Positions 19,240 through 29,215 of a stretch of DNA of 64,000 nt are shown in pieces. The notes beneath the pieces were generated by a model. That model was given only the letters and a program-made list of their open reading frames with translations, had not been told where the DNA came from and ran no database searches. The position numbers and the translations under genes are program-made. Position 1 is the first letter of the stretch. Each line of letters begins with the position of its first letter. The DNA comes from an uncultured Thermoproteales archaeon (lineage in GTDB: Archaea > Thermoproteota > Thermoprotei > Thermofilales > B20-G17), in contig CAZFTG010000001.1 in NCBI GenBank assembly GCA_964522205.1, positions 49,854-113,853 of the forward strand. The letters are read 5' to 3'.

Positions 19240-20028
19240 TTATAGAAAAGCTGTCTTCAGTACTTCTTTGCACTTACATGTCCTTTTCTCAGGGAGTATT
19301 GGAATAAGTGCATACAGTAGTTTCTTAGCCTTTTCTACATTCTCCTTCATTACTCTGACGACTTCCTCTGCTGTAACTATTCTCTCAGCCCATATGTCGT
19401 AATCTGTCACCATAGCTATTAGACAATAGCACATTCCAAGCTCTCTAGCTAAGTTTATCTCAGGAACGAGTGTCATACCTATGATATCACATTTAAATAC
19501 TTCCTTCCATATTACAGACTCAGCCTTAGTACTAAATCTTGGTCCTTCTATACATATATACGTCCCCTTATCATGGATAGTTATACCCTGCTCTTTGGCT
19601 ACTTTTAGTACTAGTTCCCTTACTTCTGGACAGAAGGGTTCTAGTCCTATCTGTATGTGTGCTACCTTAGGGCCATCGTAAAATGTGTATACCCTATTCT
19701 TGGTCATATCTATGAACTGATCTGGTAGTACAAAGTCTCCCGGTCGATAGTCCTCTCTTAAGCTGCCGACGGCTGAGACAGCCACTATTCTTTCCACCCC
19801 GAGACTATGAAGAGCCCATATGTTAGCCCTATAGTTTATAGCATGAGGAGGTAATCTATGTCCTCTTCCATGTCTAGGTAGAAAAGCTACTTCCACTCCA
19901 TTAACTTTTCCCACCATTATGTTATCAGATGGAGCACCGTAGGGAGTATGGATTTTCCTCTCTTCTACTTCTTTAAAGATTCCAGGATCATAAAGTCCGC
20001 TTCCTCCTATTATACCTATTCTAACCAT
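19240..20028 (-). CDS. mtnP: S-methyl-5'-thioadenosine phosphorylase (MTAP)
   Basis: [17 protein letters not shown] ... [34 protein letters not shown] ... GMTLVPE is the characteristic MTAP/PNP-family-2 sequence. Confidence 0.88.
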   Translation of the reverse strand: MVRIGIIGGSGLYDPGIFKEVEERKIHTPYGAPSDNIMVGKVNGVEVAFLPRHGRGHRLPPHAINYRANIWALHSLGVERIVAVSAVGSLREDYRPGDFVLPDQFIDMTKNRVYTFYDGPKVAHIQIGLEPFCPEVRELVLKVAKEQGITIHDKGTYICIEGPRFSTKAESVIWKEVFKCDIIGMTLVPEINLARELGMCYCLIAMVTDYDIWAERIVTAEEVVRVMKENVEKAKKLLYALIPILPEKRTCKCKEVLKTAFL

Positions 20029-20109
20029 AGTCTCACTCGACCTAATTTAGTGTAGATGGATTTTAAGTCTATCTAACCTATCGGTTAATACATAGATGAT
20101 GAACCAATC

Positions 20110-22476
20110 ATGCATTTAAATTACCAAGAGTTAAGTATAAAAGTACTCCTATCTACCGCAACTGAGTCGAGATCTATGAAAAGCTTTTATGTAAAGAATG
20201 GGTGTTTCTATTACAAGGATAGACCGTTCATTAAGACCTCAGCCTACCACGGAGGAGATTATATAATAACACTTCCTGAAGAACTAGTCACTACAGACAA
20301 GAATCTCTACCTTAGAGCTGGATTTACCTCAGCCGATTTCTTTGCTCCTTGGAAAAGGGTACATCCATCTGAAGATGAGTGGAGACTAGAACCTTTAAGA
20401 TTATTGCTTAGAAGAGCTAGGAAAATGGGTATAACGGTCTTTATCCACTTCTATCCTAACCCACCTAGGTGGATGGTTGAAAAGTACAATTGGCACTGGA
20501 TTACTGAAACCGGTAAAAAAGTTCCGATGGATATAGCAGGAGGATATGCTTTCGATGAAAACTATCTTAGGGAAATGGATGAGTACATTAGGAGACTGAT
20601 AGAAGTTGGTATGGAGTATGAGGACGCCCTTGGCGACTACTGGTTATGTAGTGAAAATTGGCCTTTCCTGCCTAGTTTTAAGGAGAAGAAAATTATGGGT
20701 ACTAGAGAAGACGCTAGCTATGACAATTATACAGTATCCAGGTTCAGAAAATGGCTTAAAGAACAGTTTTCTCTAGACGAATTAGGCATTCGCTGGAACT
20801 TAAACGAAAATACTTATAGTTCGTGGGATGAGGTATATCCGCCGGTGAGTTTCAGAGAAGCAGACTTTATAGGAAGGAACTTAAAGAAATGGAGAGTGGC
20901 AAGATGGGACTGGTACCGTTTCAAGCAGTACATATCAGTGGATACACTAGTAAAGTTCTGTAACACAGTACATAAATACGATCCCTATAGACCTATCTCA
21001 CTTGAAATGAATATGGATCTTCCTGGATGGAGTGGTTATCAGAGGTGGTATAAAGTGTGTTCTAGGGCTAAGAATGCTCATGCTGGTGTTCAGGATTTTG
21101 AGGCTTCTTTCGTTAGGGCTCTGTACTATCTTGCTATTGCTAGGGGTTCTTCAAGTCCACCCCATCAGGTTAATGAGATGTCTGGCTTCCAGGACTACAG
21201 GTGGTGTATTAGGAATGCATGGTTCATACAGGCAATGGGAGGAACAGGAATGACCTTCTGGGACTTCAAATCAGAATACTGGGGACTAGTGACTAGTAAA
21301 AGCTATGAATATAATCCTAGAGAAAAACCACAATTCAAGGAATCATTCATGGCCGTTATGGAATTGAATAAAATATTTAAAAGGCTCTCCCACATTCTCG
21401 GTAGTTCACCACCATTGAAGCCCTCTATTGGCATCCTAATCTTAGATGAGGATAGTTTTCACGAGAGCGGAGTCTCTATACCCCCTACTATGAAATTCCT
21501 TTCATTACTACTTAAACTCGGATTCGGTGCAGAGACCGCAATAATCAATGAAGAATACCTCTTAGATGGAAGGATCAATGAATATAAACTTGTAATAGCA
21601 CCTCACATAAAATACATTTCACGTTCAGAGGCTGAGGGTCTTAGAAGATATGTAGAGAGAGGAGGAGTTCTCCTGATGAATCCCTTCTGTGGAGAGTTTG
21701 ATGAAACAGGCGAGCCTTATCCAGAAGTACCCTGTGAACCCCTAAGAGAGATTACAGGCATTAAAGCAACTATAGATACTAATAGAGAGCTTCTAGTGCA
21801 TCTACATAGGGTTCATGGATATCTTCAAGAGAGAGTAAAAGCAGGAAATTGGCTACTCGAGACCTTTACACCATTTCAATCCAATAAGATGTTATTGACT
21901 ATAGACCGTACATTTGCACTAGATTATATTCGTGATATGGTTGTAGATAGGTCAGGCTACGCTAAGATAAATAGCAACTTTTACGACCTTATAAAGGGTA
22001 GTACTTACTGGTGCCTCCCAGCACAAGATGCAACAGTTACCACGGGTACTGCTAAGGTTATTGCCGAGTGCAATGGTAAACCCGTAATAATCACGAATAA
22101 GTATGGTAAAGGATACTGTATCTATCTAGCTGCTGACTTCGAAGATAGAGCTTTAGAGCTCATACTGAAGAGTGCTCTAAGTGCCTCTGGTCTTGAGCCC
22201 TTTGCACAGATCGCACCTGATAATCTAAGGGAGGAAGTATTAGTAGGTGTTAGACATAGTAAGGATGGTTATCTAGTGTTCTTGATAGAAATTGGAGATA
22301 AAGAGCATAGAGTAATCCTCAAAATGAGTAGAGATAGAATGGGGCTTAAGGATAAAGAATATGAGATAACAGAACTACTTAAAGAGAGAAAAATCAAGAT
22401 CTCTGGAAGTAAACCTGAACTAGATGTCAGACTTGGAGTATGTGATGTAAAAATATTCCATGTACCGCTGATATAA
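20110..22476 (+). CDS. Glycoside hydrolase, GH42-like (beta-galactosidase family) protein
   Basis: 788 aa. A TIM-barrel-like N-terminal half is followed by KLVIAPHIKYISRSEAEGLRRYVERGGVLLMNPFCG, which resembles the GH42 trimerisation (GATase1-like) domain. The architecture parallels 34669..36897. The likely true start is ATG 20176 (MKSFYVKNG). Confidence 0.5.
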   Translation: MHLNYQELSIKVLLSTATESRSMKSFYVKNGCFYYKDRPFIKTSAYHGGDYIITLPEELVTTDKNLYLRAGFTSADFFAPWKRVHPSEDEWRLEPLRLLLRRARKMGITVFIHFYPNPPRWMVEKYNWHWITETGKKVPMDIAGGYAFDENYLREMDEYIRRLIEVGMEYEDALGDYWLCSENWPFLPSFKEKKIMGTREDASYDNYTVSRFRKWLKEQFSLDELGIRWNLNENTYSSWDEVYPPVSFREADFIGRNLKKWRVARWDWYRFKQYISVDTLVKFCNTVHKYDPYRPISLEMNMDLPGWSGYQRWYKVCSRAKNAHAGVQDFEASFVRALYYLAIARGSSSPPHQVNEMSGFQDYRWCIRNAWFIQAMGGTGMTFWDFKSEYWGLVTSKSYEYNPREKPQFKESFMAVMELNKIFKRLSHILGSSPPLKPSIGILILDEDSFHESGVSIPPTMKFLSLLLKLGFGAETAIINEEYLLDGRINEYKLVIAPHIKYISRSEAEGLRRYVERGGVLLMNPFCGEFDETGEPYPEVPCEPLREITGIKATIDTNRELLVHLHRVHGYLQERVKAGNWLLETFTPFQSNKMLLTIDRTFALDYIRDMVVDRSGYAKINSNFYDLIKGSTYWCLPAQDATVTTGTAKVIAECNGKPVIITNKYGKGYCIYLAADFEDRALELILKSALSASGLEPFAQIAPDNLREEVLVGVRHSKDGYLVFLIEIGDKEHRVILKMSRDRMGLKDKEYEITELLKERKIKISGSKPELDVRLGVCDVKIFHVPLI

Positions 22477-22529
22477 TGAAAAGATATATAAAGTTTTTTA
22501 GGATATTATTTTTAAGAGAAGAAAGCGAA

Positions 22530-23438
22530 TCAGTTTGATCTACTTCTTAGGTACCTATATGCAGAGAGCGCCGCTATAGCTCCCTGTCCAGCAGCTATTA
22601 CGGCTTGCTTAAAGGGTATGTCCGTTATGTCGCCTGCTGCGAACACTCCTTTTCTGGACGTTTCACAGTATTTATCAATTACTACTTCTCCTCTACTATT
22701 GAGTTCAACGAAATTCCTCAGTATGTCTGTAGCGGTAGTATAGCCTAGCTCTACAAATAACATATCCACCTTGAACACTATTTCCCTTCCCTTCCTTTCC
22801 AATACTATATTCTCAAGTCTATATTTACCATTAATTTCCTTAATTTTAACACTATCTATTACATTTATTCCCTGAGAGACTAGTTGCCTAAGTTCTTCTT
22901 CTGAGAGACCAGCATTGGATTTAGGAGATAATAAATACACCTCTGACGCATACTCCTTCAAAAGCTTTAGGGAGTTTATTGTATATCGTCCATAGCCTAC
23001 TAAAGCTACTTTTCTATTTCTAGCTAAAGGTGCATCACAGAGTATGCAATATGAGATGCCCTTTCCTACAAGTTCCTCCTCACCCGGAACTCCTAATTTT
23101 CTCGGCCTCTTTCCAATAGCTAGTATTAGAGCTCTGGAGGTGAGCTTTTCCCCACTCTTAGTGAGCACGTAAAACCCTCCATTTTCTTCTCCTAATCTAA
23201 TAACCTCGTCTATCAATATCTCTACTCCTAGCCTCTGCACTATGTCCAGTACATCCTTTACTAATTTAATCCCCTCCACTCCATCAAATCCAGGGTAATT
23301 GCTTAGTTTACTAACACTTTTAAGCTGTCCTCCTAGGTCTATGCTTATAACTAGGACATCGACTTTAAGCCTAGCTAGGTACATTGATGCCGTTAACCCA
23401 GCTATTCCACCACCAACAACTATAACTTCATAATCCAT
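22530..23438 (-). CDS. trxB: Thioredoxin reductase-like FAD/NAD(P)-dependent oxidoreductase
   Basis: The FAD motif VIVVGGGIAGLTAS, redox-active CILC in ISYCILCDA, the second dinucleotide motif VALVGYG and the C-terminal GVFAAGD are all present. Confidence 0.8.
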   Translation of the reverse strand: MDYEVIVVGGGIAGLTASMYLARLKVDVLVISIDLGGQLKSVSKLSNYPGFDGVEGIKLVKDVLDIVQRLGVEILIDEVIRLGEENGGFYVLTKSGEKLTSRALILAIGKRPRKLGVPGEEELVGKGISYCILCDAPLARNRKVALVGYGRYTINSLKLLKEYASEVYLLSPKSNAGLSEEELRQLVSQGINVIDSVKIKEINGKYRLENIVLERKGREIVFKVDMLFVELGYTTATDILRNFVELNSRGEVVIDKYCETSRKGVFAAGDITDIPFKQAVIAAGQGAIAALSAYRYLRSRSN

Positions 23439-23592
23439 GCTCCAACCCTATTATAGGCAAAAGGTATTTTTATTATATTAATTGCCTGCTGAGACAGCCC
23501 CAATTTCATTTTTAATTAAAATTGATCTTCACACAATATTAGATAGAAAATAAATATCAACAAACATTATTATACCATCTTACATATTTAAA

Positions 23593-25119
23593 TTGAGACC
23601 TATGAGAGCGGATGTATACAATATCATAATTTTAGGCGTACTACTAGCAACACTCTTAGTAATCCCTCTATCCATAATCATGGCCACATTAAACTCATCC
23701 CCAGAGTTTACTCAATTGGAGATAGTACTCGATATACAGAGAGATGGAAGCGTTATAGTGACTCATATAGTAAACGTGACCGTACAATGCGTATACATCG
23801 ATATTCCAGCAATCTCTAAACCTCTAGAACCTGTATTTGCTGTGGGTAAGGAAGTATACGATACTAGTGTAGAGGTCTCAGATAAAAAGTATATAATTAG
23901 AGTATATGCACCTGATAGAGGGGTCGTTAATGTAACCTACTTAACAGATACTTTAGTTTATAGGAAACCCCCTAATATATGGAGTTTGAATGTAACTATT
24001 CCTTGCACTACAAAGATAATACTACCCGAGAATTCCATACCACTGGACATACCCGAGGGGTTCATAGATCTATACGAGGTAGATAAGAGATATGTCCTAC
24101 TCTTACCTCCTGGAGATTATGTGGTGAAATGGTTATTAAGAGTATATCCACCAGTACTCATTCCAAAGGCGAAGATAATAAGTGTAAAGTATCCCAGTGA
24201 AGTTCAAAGTAACTCTAAGTTCGCTCTAAATATAAAGCTGACTAACTCGGGAAATAGAAGTGGCAATCTCTTCATTAAAATCTATGATACCTTTAGGGGT
24301 ATTACAATTAATACTACAATTCTGTATCTTGAGGTTCGTAAAGAAGTAATTATGCACTTCAATCTAACCTCTCCTAAGGTCTCCAGAAATACTACGTATA
24401 CTCTAGATATAATATGTGGTCATGATGATATAATAGATGATAAGAAATCTATAGATATTAAAGTATTTGTAAAACACAAACTCATTCCAAAGATTAAAAT
24501 ACTGAAAATCTACATTAAAGATAAGGTATCATCAGGAGAAGAATATTCAATTAGAGTGGCAGTAGTTAATGAAGGAAATAAGTCAGCTACAGTATTCATA
24601 AGATTATATGATAAATTAAAGGGTATTAAACTCTCCGATAAAAAAACCTTAAAACCCGATGAGAAAGCATATTTAGAAATTAAACTTAAAGCACCATCAG
24701 TGGATAAAGAGACTGAAATAAAACTACTATTAGAATGTGGATACGACGAAAAGATAATCGAGACGAGAAGCTTAATACTTAGAGTCCTTCCGAGACAACC
24801 TACCAATATGGTATTTGTCTTAATTGGAGTTCTGGTAGCGATATTAAGCGTTTTAATATCATTTGTCGTACTTCGCGCTAAAAGACAACGGGAATACTCA
24901 GAGTTAAGGTACATATTAACGGATATCGATGTACAGATAATAAGACTACTCAAGTCCAGATCGGGGGAAATGCTACAAAGAGATATAGTATCGGCTCTAA
25001 GAATACCGAAGACTACAGCCCATAGACACTTGAAAAAGTTGGAGAAGTACGGTATAGTCAAAATAGAGAGAATAGGAATGGTAAATGTAGTTAAGTTAAT
25101 TAAAAAGTTAAGGGTCTGA
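23593..25119 (+). CDS. Single-pass membrane protein: extracytoplasmic repeat (CARDB-like) domains + cytoplasmic wHTH
   Basis: It has an N-terminal anchor and two internal repeats (SVKYPSEVQSNSKFALNIKLTNSGNRSGNLFIKIYD / IKDKVSSGEEYSIRVAVVNEGNKSATVFIRLYD). These are followed by a TM helix (MVFVLIGVLVAILSVLISFVVL) and a C-terminal wHTH (VQIIRLLKSRSGEMLQRDIVSALRIPKTTAHRHLKKLEKYGIV). Confidence 0.65.
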   Translation: MRPMRADVYNIIILGVLLATLLVIPLSIIMATLNSSPEFTQLEIVLDIQRDGSVIVTHIVNVTVQCVYIDIPAISKPLEPVFAVGKEVYDTSVEVSDKKYIIRVYAPDRGVVNVTYLTDTLVYRKPPNIWSLNVTIPCTTKIILPENSIPLDIPEGFIDLYEVDKRYVLLLPPGDYVVKWLLRVYPPVLIPKAKIISVKYPSEVQSNSKFALNIKLTNSGNRSGNLFIKIYDTFRGITINTTILYLEVRKEVIMHFNLTSPKVSRNTTYTLDIICGHDDIIDDKKSIDIKVFVKHKLIPKIKILKIYIKDKVSSGEEYSIRVAVVNEGNKSATVFIRLYDKLKGIKLSDKKTLKPDEKAYLEIKLKAPSVDKETEIKLLLECGYDEKIIETRSLILRVLPRQPTNMVFVLIGVLVAILSVLISFVVLRAKRQREYSELRYILTDIDVQIIRLLKSRSGEMLQRDIVSALRIPKTTAHRHLKKLEKYGIVKIERIGMVNVVKLIKKLRV

Positions 25120-25215
25120 ATTACAAATAGGATGCTATCTTTACTCAAGATACTTCAGAATATTGAGTATTAGATAAATAGTAGAGGTTATATTTGAGGT
25201 CCACTCTACTCAAAT

Positions 25216-25878
25216 ATGCTTCCTGAAGACTTTATAGAGTGGGCTTACTTTGGACGAGTTAAAGTACTTAAGAAACTATTGAGTGGAGACATAGATTCAA
25301 GCAAATTTATTATCGAAATGACAAGACATACTCCAGTACTATGTACTGCGCGAGTACTTAAAGATGGAAGTGTATTCGTAAACGCTAAAGTTGTGGGAGC
25401 TGGCTTTGTGCCAAAGTACCATTTACTTAGGGATGTGATAATGAAGTTGAGAACCTATATTGCTCGCTCATCGAATACTAGTATTGAAGAGTATAGAAAA
25501 GAGGGATTAAAGTTACTATTGGATACTATATATTTTGATGATAGGGAGAGAGCATACGAAAATATCGACTTCGAAAAGATAGCTATGTTAGAGATTGCCA
25601 GTAAAGTCCCGTGGTCATCTAAACATACATGGAAAAACCTGCAGGAGAATAAGAGAGTATGTCTTCTATACTATATGCCACCTACTATAAGCTTTGAACT
25701 TCATGGTACTGTAGAAATATATACTAATGGCCCCTACTACGAATATGTAAACCTAGTTCATGATATCTACCACAACCCCAAAAGTAAAAGAAGTAGTTAT
25801 CCGTGCCTCATAATGAGAGTAGAGGAAGTATACGACAATAGCCCTAGCTCCAAGGGATTCGGTAAAAGATTATCTTAG
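25216..25878 (+). CDS. Hypothetical protein
   Basis: 220-aa ORF. The C-terminal half is faintly reminiscent of FMN-binding split-barrel proteins, but I cannot support that. Its 3' end overlaps the convergent ORF by 4 nt. Confidence 0.45.
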   Translation: MLPEDFIEWAYFGRVKVLKKLLSGDIDSSKFIIEMTRHTPVLCTARVLKDGSVFVNAKVVGAGFVPKYHLLRDVIMKLRTYIARSSNTSIEEYRKEGLKLLLDTIYFDDRERAYENIDFEKIAMLEIASKVPWSSKHTWKNLQENKRVCLLYYMPPTISFELHGTVEIYTNGPYYEYVNLVHDIYHNPKSKRSSYPCLIMRVEEVYDNSPSSKGFGKRLS

Positions 25879-26528
25879 TATATATAATCTATCATTTTAG
25901 TATTTATTCTTACTAAAACTAAAGGTGTTCGCTTAGAAGATATCATCTTCACCCTGTCCAATGCCCTATTCAATAAGTGTATTGGATTTTCCTGTAAGTA
26001 TTTTATGGTAGAGTCTGCATTTCCTAGTTTTTTAAATATATTATTAACTTCTATTCTGAGGATATTCTCTGATACTATATCTGTAAAGCAGATTTCTCCC
26101 TTTTCTATCAGAGCTCCCACTACAAAATCCTTAAGCTCCCTCCAAAAACCCAGATTCCTCACAATTGAGTTGATCTCTTCATCCAGTACAAGCTTCTGTT
26201 TTTTAACATCTTCTTCTGATAGTACTACTTTCACCCTCTCTTTCCACTTCTGTAGCCACACTTCAGTCCATTCTTTAAGTTCTCTATCATATCTCTTCGG
26301 CTCCATTAGCATATTCTCCATTTCCATCACAACCGAGTGCTCTGTGATCTCATATCTAGAGAGCTTTAACTTACTTCTTAAGTAATTCTTGAAATCCTGA
26401 AATGCTATTCTAGCCATAAAGCTAGCTTCACGAGCAGAGGTATCTGGAAGCATATACTTGATTATATTATAAAACCACCTTGTGAATATCTCTGCAGTAC
26501 TAGTAATAGTACTCCTTAAATATCTCAT
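25875..26528 (-). CDS. Hypothetical protein
   Basis: 217-aa ORF with predicted helical/charged composition and no assignable motif. It lies downstream of the 83-aa ORF on the same strand. Confidence 0.45.
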   Translation of the reverse strand: MRYLRSTITSTAEIFTRWFYNIIKYMLPDTSAREASFMARIAFQDFKNYLRSKLKLSRYEITEHSVVMEMENMLMEPKRYDRELKEWTEVWLQKWKERVKVVLSEEDVKKQKLVLDEEINSIVRNLGFWRELKDFVVGALIEKGEICFTDIVSENILRIEVNNIFKKLGNADSTIKYLQENPIHLLNRALDRVKMISSKRTPLVLVRINTKMIDYIY

Positions 26529-26565
26529 ACTGCTATCCCTATGCGCTGTTATTATTAAATCTTCC

Positions 26566-26817
26566 CTAGCCTCTGAGATTCTTATGCTTCTCTCTACGTA
26601 CTACATCTAGTATATCGTATATCCTACCTTTTAATACCATATCCCTATATATCCTCCATATCCTCTTCACGTTCACAAAAGTGGTATCAAAGCCTCTCTC
26701 TTCTAGATCTTCAAAAACTATCGACGGTAGCTCATCTGGATGCATAACCAATGCCTGTGAAAGTGCTCTCAGTACCGATACTTCAATATCCTTATTACGT
26801 GGGTACTTCCTCTTCAC
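26566..26817 (-). CDS. Hypothetical small protein
   Basis: 83-aa ORF, apparently the first gene of a two-gene unit with 25875..26528. No motif recognised. Confidence 0.4.
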   Translation of the reverse strand: MKRKYPRNKDIEVSVLRALSQALVMHPDELPSIVFEDLEERGFDTTFVNVKRIWRIYRDMVLKGRIYDILDVVRREKHKNLRG

Positions 26818-26904
26818 GAGGGTATACTATAATATTGACTTTTAAAAGTACCTTCTCGAACTTTTGAGGATTAATTTTAATAAGTAGAGTAATATCTTAC
26901 CTTA

Positions 26905-26963
26905 CTGAGTGATGAAGAATCAACCACATGATGTGTGATGATTATAAGGAGGTGAGCTGACAG
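26905..26963 (+). ncRNA. Candidate C/D-box sRNA with anti-SD-complementary guide
   Basis: GUGAUGA (C, 26909-26915) AGAAUCAACCAC AUGA (D'-like) UGU GUGAUGA / AUGAUUA (C', 26935-26944) ..UAAGGAGGUGAG CUGA (D, 26957-26960). CUG/CAG flank it as a possible terminal stem. The C'-to-D spacing is 12 nt if C' is AUGAUUA and 15 nt if C' is GUGAUGA. Confidence 0.4.
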
Positions 26964-27123
26964 CAGAATGGAGAGGGGCTAGAGCCTGAGCCGTTGCAAT
27001 GAAGAAATAGAACCCGGTCTGACATGGATCAGATTACTAAACCCATAGTATTCACTCACTAATCTACGACCTTAAGCTGGGATACACTTTTACCAGCAAA
27101 CGTATAATATTTCAGGGATATCG

Positions 27124-28071
27124 ATGAACTCTATAAGAAGTCTAGTGAAAGTGGGTAACTCTTTGTACATATCGCTACCTAAGAATTGGATTAAATCTAC
27201 AGGCTTAGATAGGGGATCTAAGGTCGAACTAGTAATTAGAGAGGATAATGTCCTAGAAATAATCCCTATCTTACGAAGAGTAACCTTACCCAAGAGAACG
27301 AGCATAGTATACGATAGGATGTTCAAGCATAAATTAATGGCTTCGTACTTAGCTGGGTATGAGGTGATCGAAGTAAAAGTACTTGATGGTGTGTCTCCTA
27401 AGATTATCGAAAAAATAAACGATATGCTTAGGCTTCTAGTGGGTGTGGAGATAGTGGAGGAAAGTGAAGAAAGTATCGTACTTCAGTGTTTTACCAGAGA
27501 CGATTATGATATAGTTCAGGTACTAAGTATGATGGATAGGATTACGAGGAATATGTATACTAGTGCTCTTAAATGTCTATTCGATAGAGACATTAAGGGA
27601 TTAGAATCTATAATAGAAAGGGACGATAGAGTAGATAGACTATACTTCCTTTCAGTAAGGTTGATAAGATCCCTAATAAGAAACCCCATAGTACCTTCAG
27701 AAAGAAAAGTATATTTAATGGATATGAGATTGCTTGCTAGAGATCTTGAGGAGATAGGAGATTTATCTGAGGAAATAGCTAGGCATGCAATAACCATATT
27801 GAAAAGAGGACAGGTATCAATACCTTCCAAAGATATATTGAATATAGGCCTAGAGACAGCTACTCTACAGTCCGAGGTCATGACGACACTCCTTAAAAGT
27901 TCAAAACTGAAAGTTGATATCTTTGAAAGTCTCGAAAGCTTAAAGCATAGGGTGAGAGCGTATATTAAGAAACTATCTGTAACTCACAATCTTAATATGT
28001 TTAGCGAAATAGCCTACTTGATGGAGGACATCATAAATAGAGTGGAGGACATGAGTGATCTAATACTATGA
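27124..28071 (+). CDS. PhoU-family phosphate-uptake regulator with N-terminal AbrB/SpoVT domain
   Basis: The N-terminus VKVGNSLYISLPKNWIKSTGLDRGSKVELVIREDNVLEIIP is a SpoVT/AbrB swapped-hairpin domain. The remainder carries PhoU-like helical repeats (DDRVDRLYFLSVR..., EEIGDLSEEIARH). This is the common archaeal architecture. Confidence 0.75.
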   Translation: MNSIRSLVKVGNSLYISLPKNWIKSTGLDRGSKVELVIREDNVLEIIPILRRVTLPKRTSIVYDRMFKHKLMASYLAGYEVIEVKVLDGVSPKIIEKINDMLRLLVGVEIVEESEESIVLQCFTRDDYDIVQVLSMMDRITRNMYTSALKCLFDRDIKGLESIIERDDRVDRLYFLSVRLIRSLIRNPIVPSERKVYLMDMRLLARDLEEIGDLSEEIARHAITILKRGQVSIPSKDILNIGLETATLQSEVMTTLLKSSKLKVDIFESLESLKHRVRAYIKKLSVTHNLNMFSEIAYLMEDIINRVEDMSDLIL

Positions 28072-28077
28072 CTTTAA

Positions 28078-28641
28078 CTATATTCTCCTAAGAGAGTACT
28101 TACAAGATGGTAGATCTAGTATTGCATAGTACCCCCAACTAAGCGGCCCCGGATTAAGTATAAGTGTTTTATCTATCTGATCTACACCCCTAGCTTCGTG
28201 TACATGTCCGCAGAGACATGCTATAGGTTTAAGCTTCTCAATAACATTTCTAACAGTATAAGAACCTATGTGCTCACCAGTAAAGGCTATATCCACTTTT
28301 GTTCCGTAAGGCGGATAATGCGATACTATTATTAATTTTTCGTCGAGTTCCTTTTCTTCGATTGACACTTCTTCTCTACCTATACCCATGAATACGTAAT
28401 CTCCTACTCTCTTTACATCATTTTCTATTGAAATACCGCTCTCCTGTAATTTTGCTATAATATTAAAATAATCCATGTTCCCACTCACAGCTAGGGTTCT
28501 CTTACTTGCCAAGATATCAACGGCTTGGGGGCAATCAAAATCTCCACAGACTACTATGAGATCGTACCCTTTAACCGAGTTCAACAAATCCCTTAGTTTA
28601 TGATGGTTACAGTGAATGTCGGATATCACTAAGATCCTCAT
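28078..28641 (-). CDS. Metallophosphoesterase (YfcE/MJ0936-like)
   Basis: The calcineurin-like motifs are present: ISDIHCN, VCGDFD, SGNMD, SHYPPYG and CGHVHEARG. Confidence 0.8.
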   Translation of the reverse strand: MRILVISDIHCNHHKLRDLLNSVKGYDLIVVCGDFDCPQAVDILASKRTLAVSGNMDYFNIIAKLQESGISIENDVKRVGDYVFMGIGREEVSIEEKELDEKLIIVSHYPPYGTKVDIAFTGEHIGSYTVRNVIEKLKPIACLCGHVHEARGVDQIDKTLILNPGPLSWGYYAILDLPSCKYSLRRI

Positions 28642-28933
28642 GATACCACCTTACCTTCGAAAGAGACTACATGCTCACAGAGCGCCATATATATAAATAT
28701 TATTCATTCTATTATTATCCATTTTATGGATAGGATTTTGAAATAATTGAAGTTATAGTTAAAAGATATGCAGAGGTTTTTCCTATGTATTCTCGCTAAT
28801 AGCTATACTCTAGTAGATTTTAATGTAACTATTAGTCAATATAATGAGGTGAGGTAATAAATATTATAATAGTAAGAACTTGTTTTACCTGAAGATAATC
28901 TTAATATTAATACCTTGAAATTCTACTATAGAG

Positions 28934-29215
28934 ATGAAAGAACGAGCTTGGAAATTGGGATTTAGATCTCCCATGAATAGACAAAGATTACACTACCTCT
29001 TAAAGCAGAGTGGTTTCTACTCTAGAATGCATGCATATGAGTATTTGATAGGCTTTAAGGGTTCTATAATTGGAGTTATGATAGTAAGTCCTGAAAGAGA
29101 TACTGCTACTCTATATACACATGTAGAACTAGAGCCACAAATAATTGAAAAACTGAAGAACTGTATTGAGGCTGTAGGTGGTACTAATCTACTGGTCAAG
29201 CACGTGGAGGTGTAG
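28934..29215 (+). CDS. Trm5 N-terminal (D1-like) segment, ends at an in-frame TAG
   Basis: 93-aa ORF in the same reading frame as the Trm5 catalytic region immediately downstream; both starts are congruent mod 3. Its position and size match the D1 domain of archaeal Trm5, and the sequence is only loosely similar (RQRLHYLLKQSGFYS...). Confidence 0.45.
   Translation: MKERAWKLGFRSPMNRQRLHYLLKQSGFYSRMHAYEYLIGFKGSIIGVMIVSPERDTATLYTHVELEPQIIEKLKNCIEAVGGTNLLVKHVEV

Noticed and set aside
26966-27024. Second tandem C/D-like unit as an annotated feature
   Set aside because: The layout is good, but the C box AUGGAGA lacks the GA needed for the second sheared pair of the K-turn. It is kept only as part of a finding and not as a feature.
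29213-29215. Reading the in-frame TAG of trm5 as pyrrolysine
   Set aside because: No pyl genes or Pyl-type methyltransferases are visible, since the MttB homolog here has no TAG. Pyrrolysine decoding is not known in Crenarchaeota. Pseudogene, readthrough, split gene and sequencing error are the realistic options.
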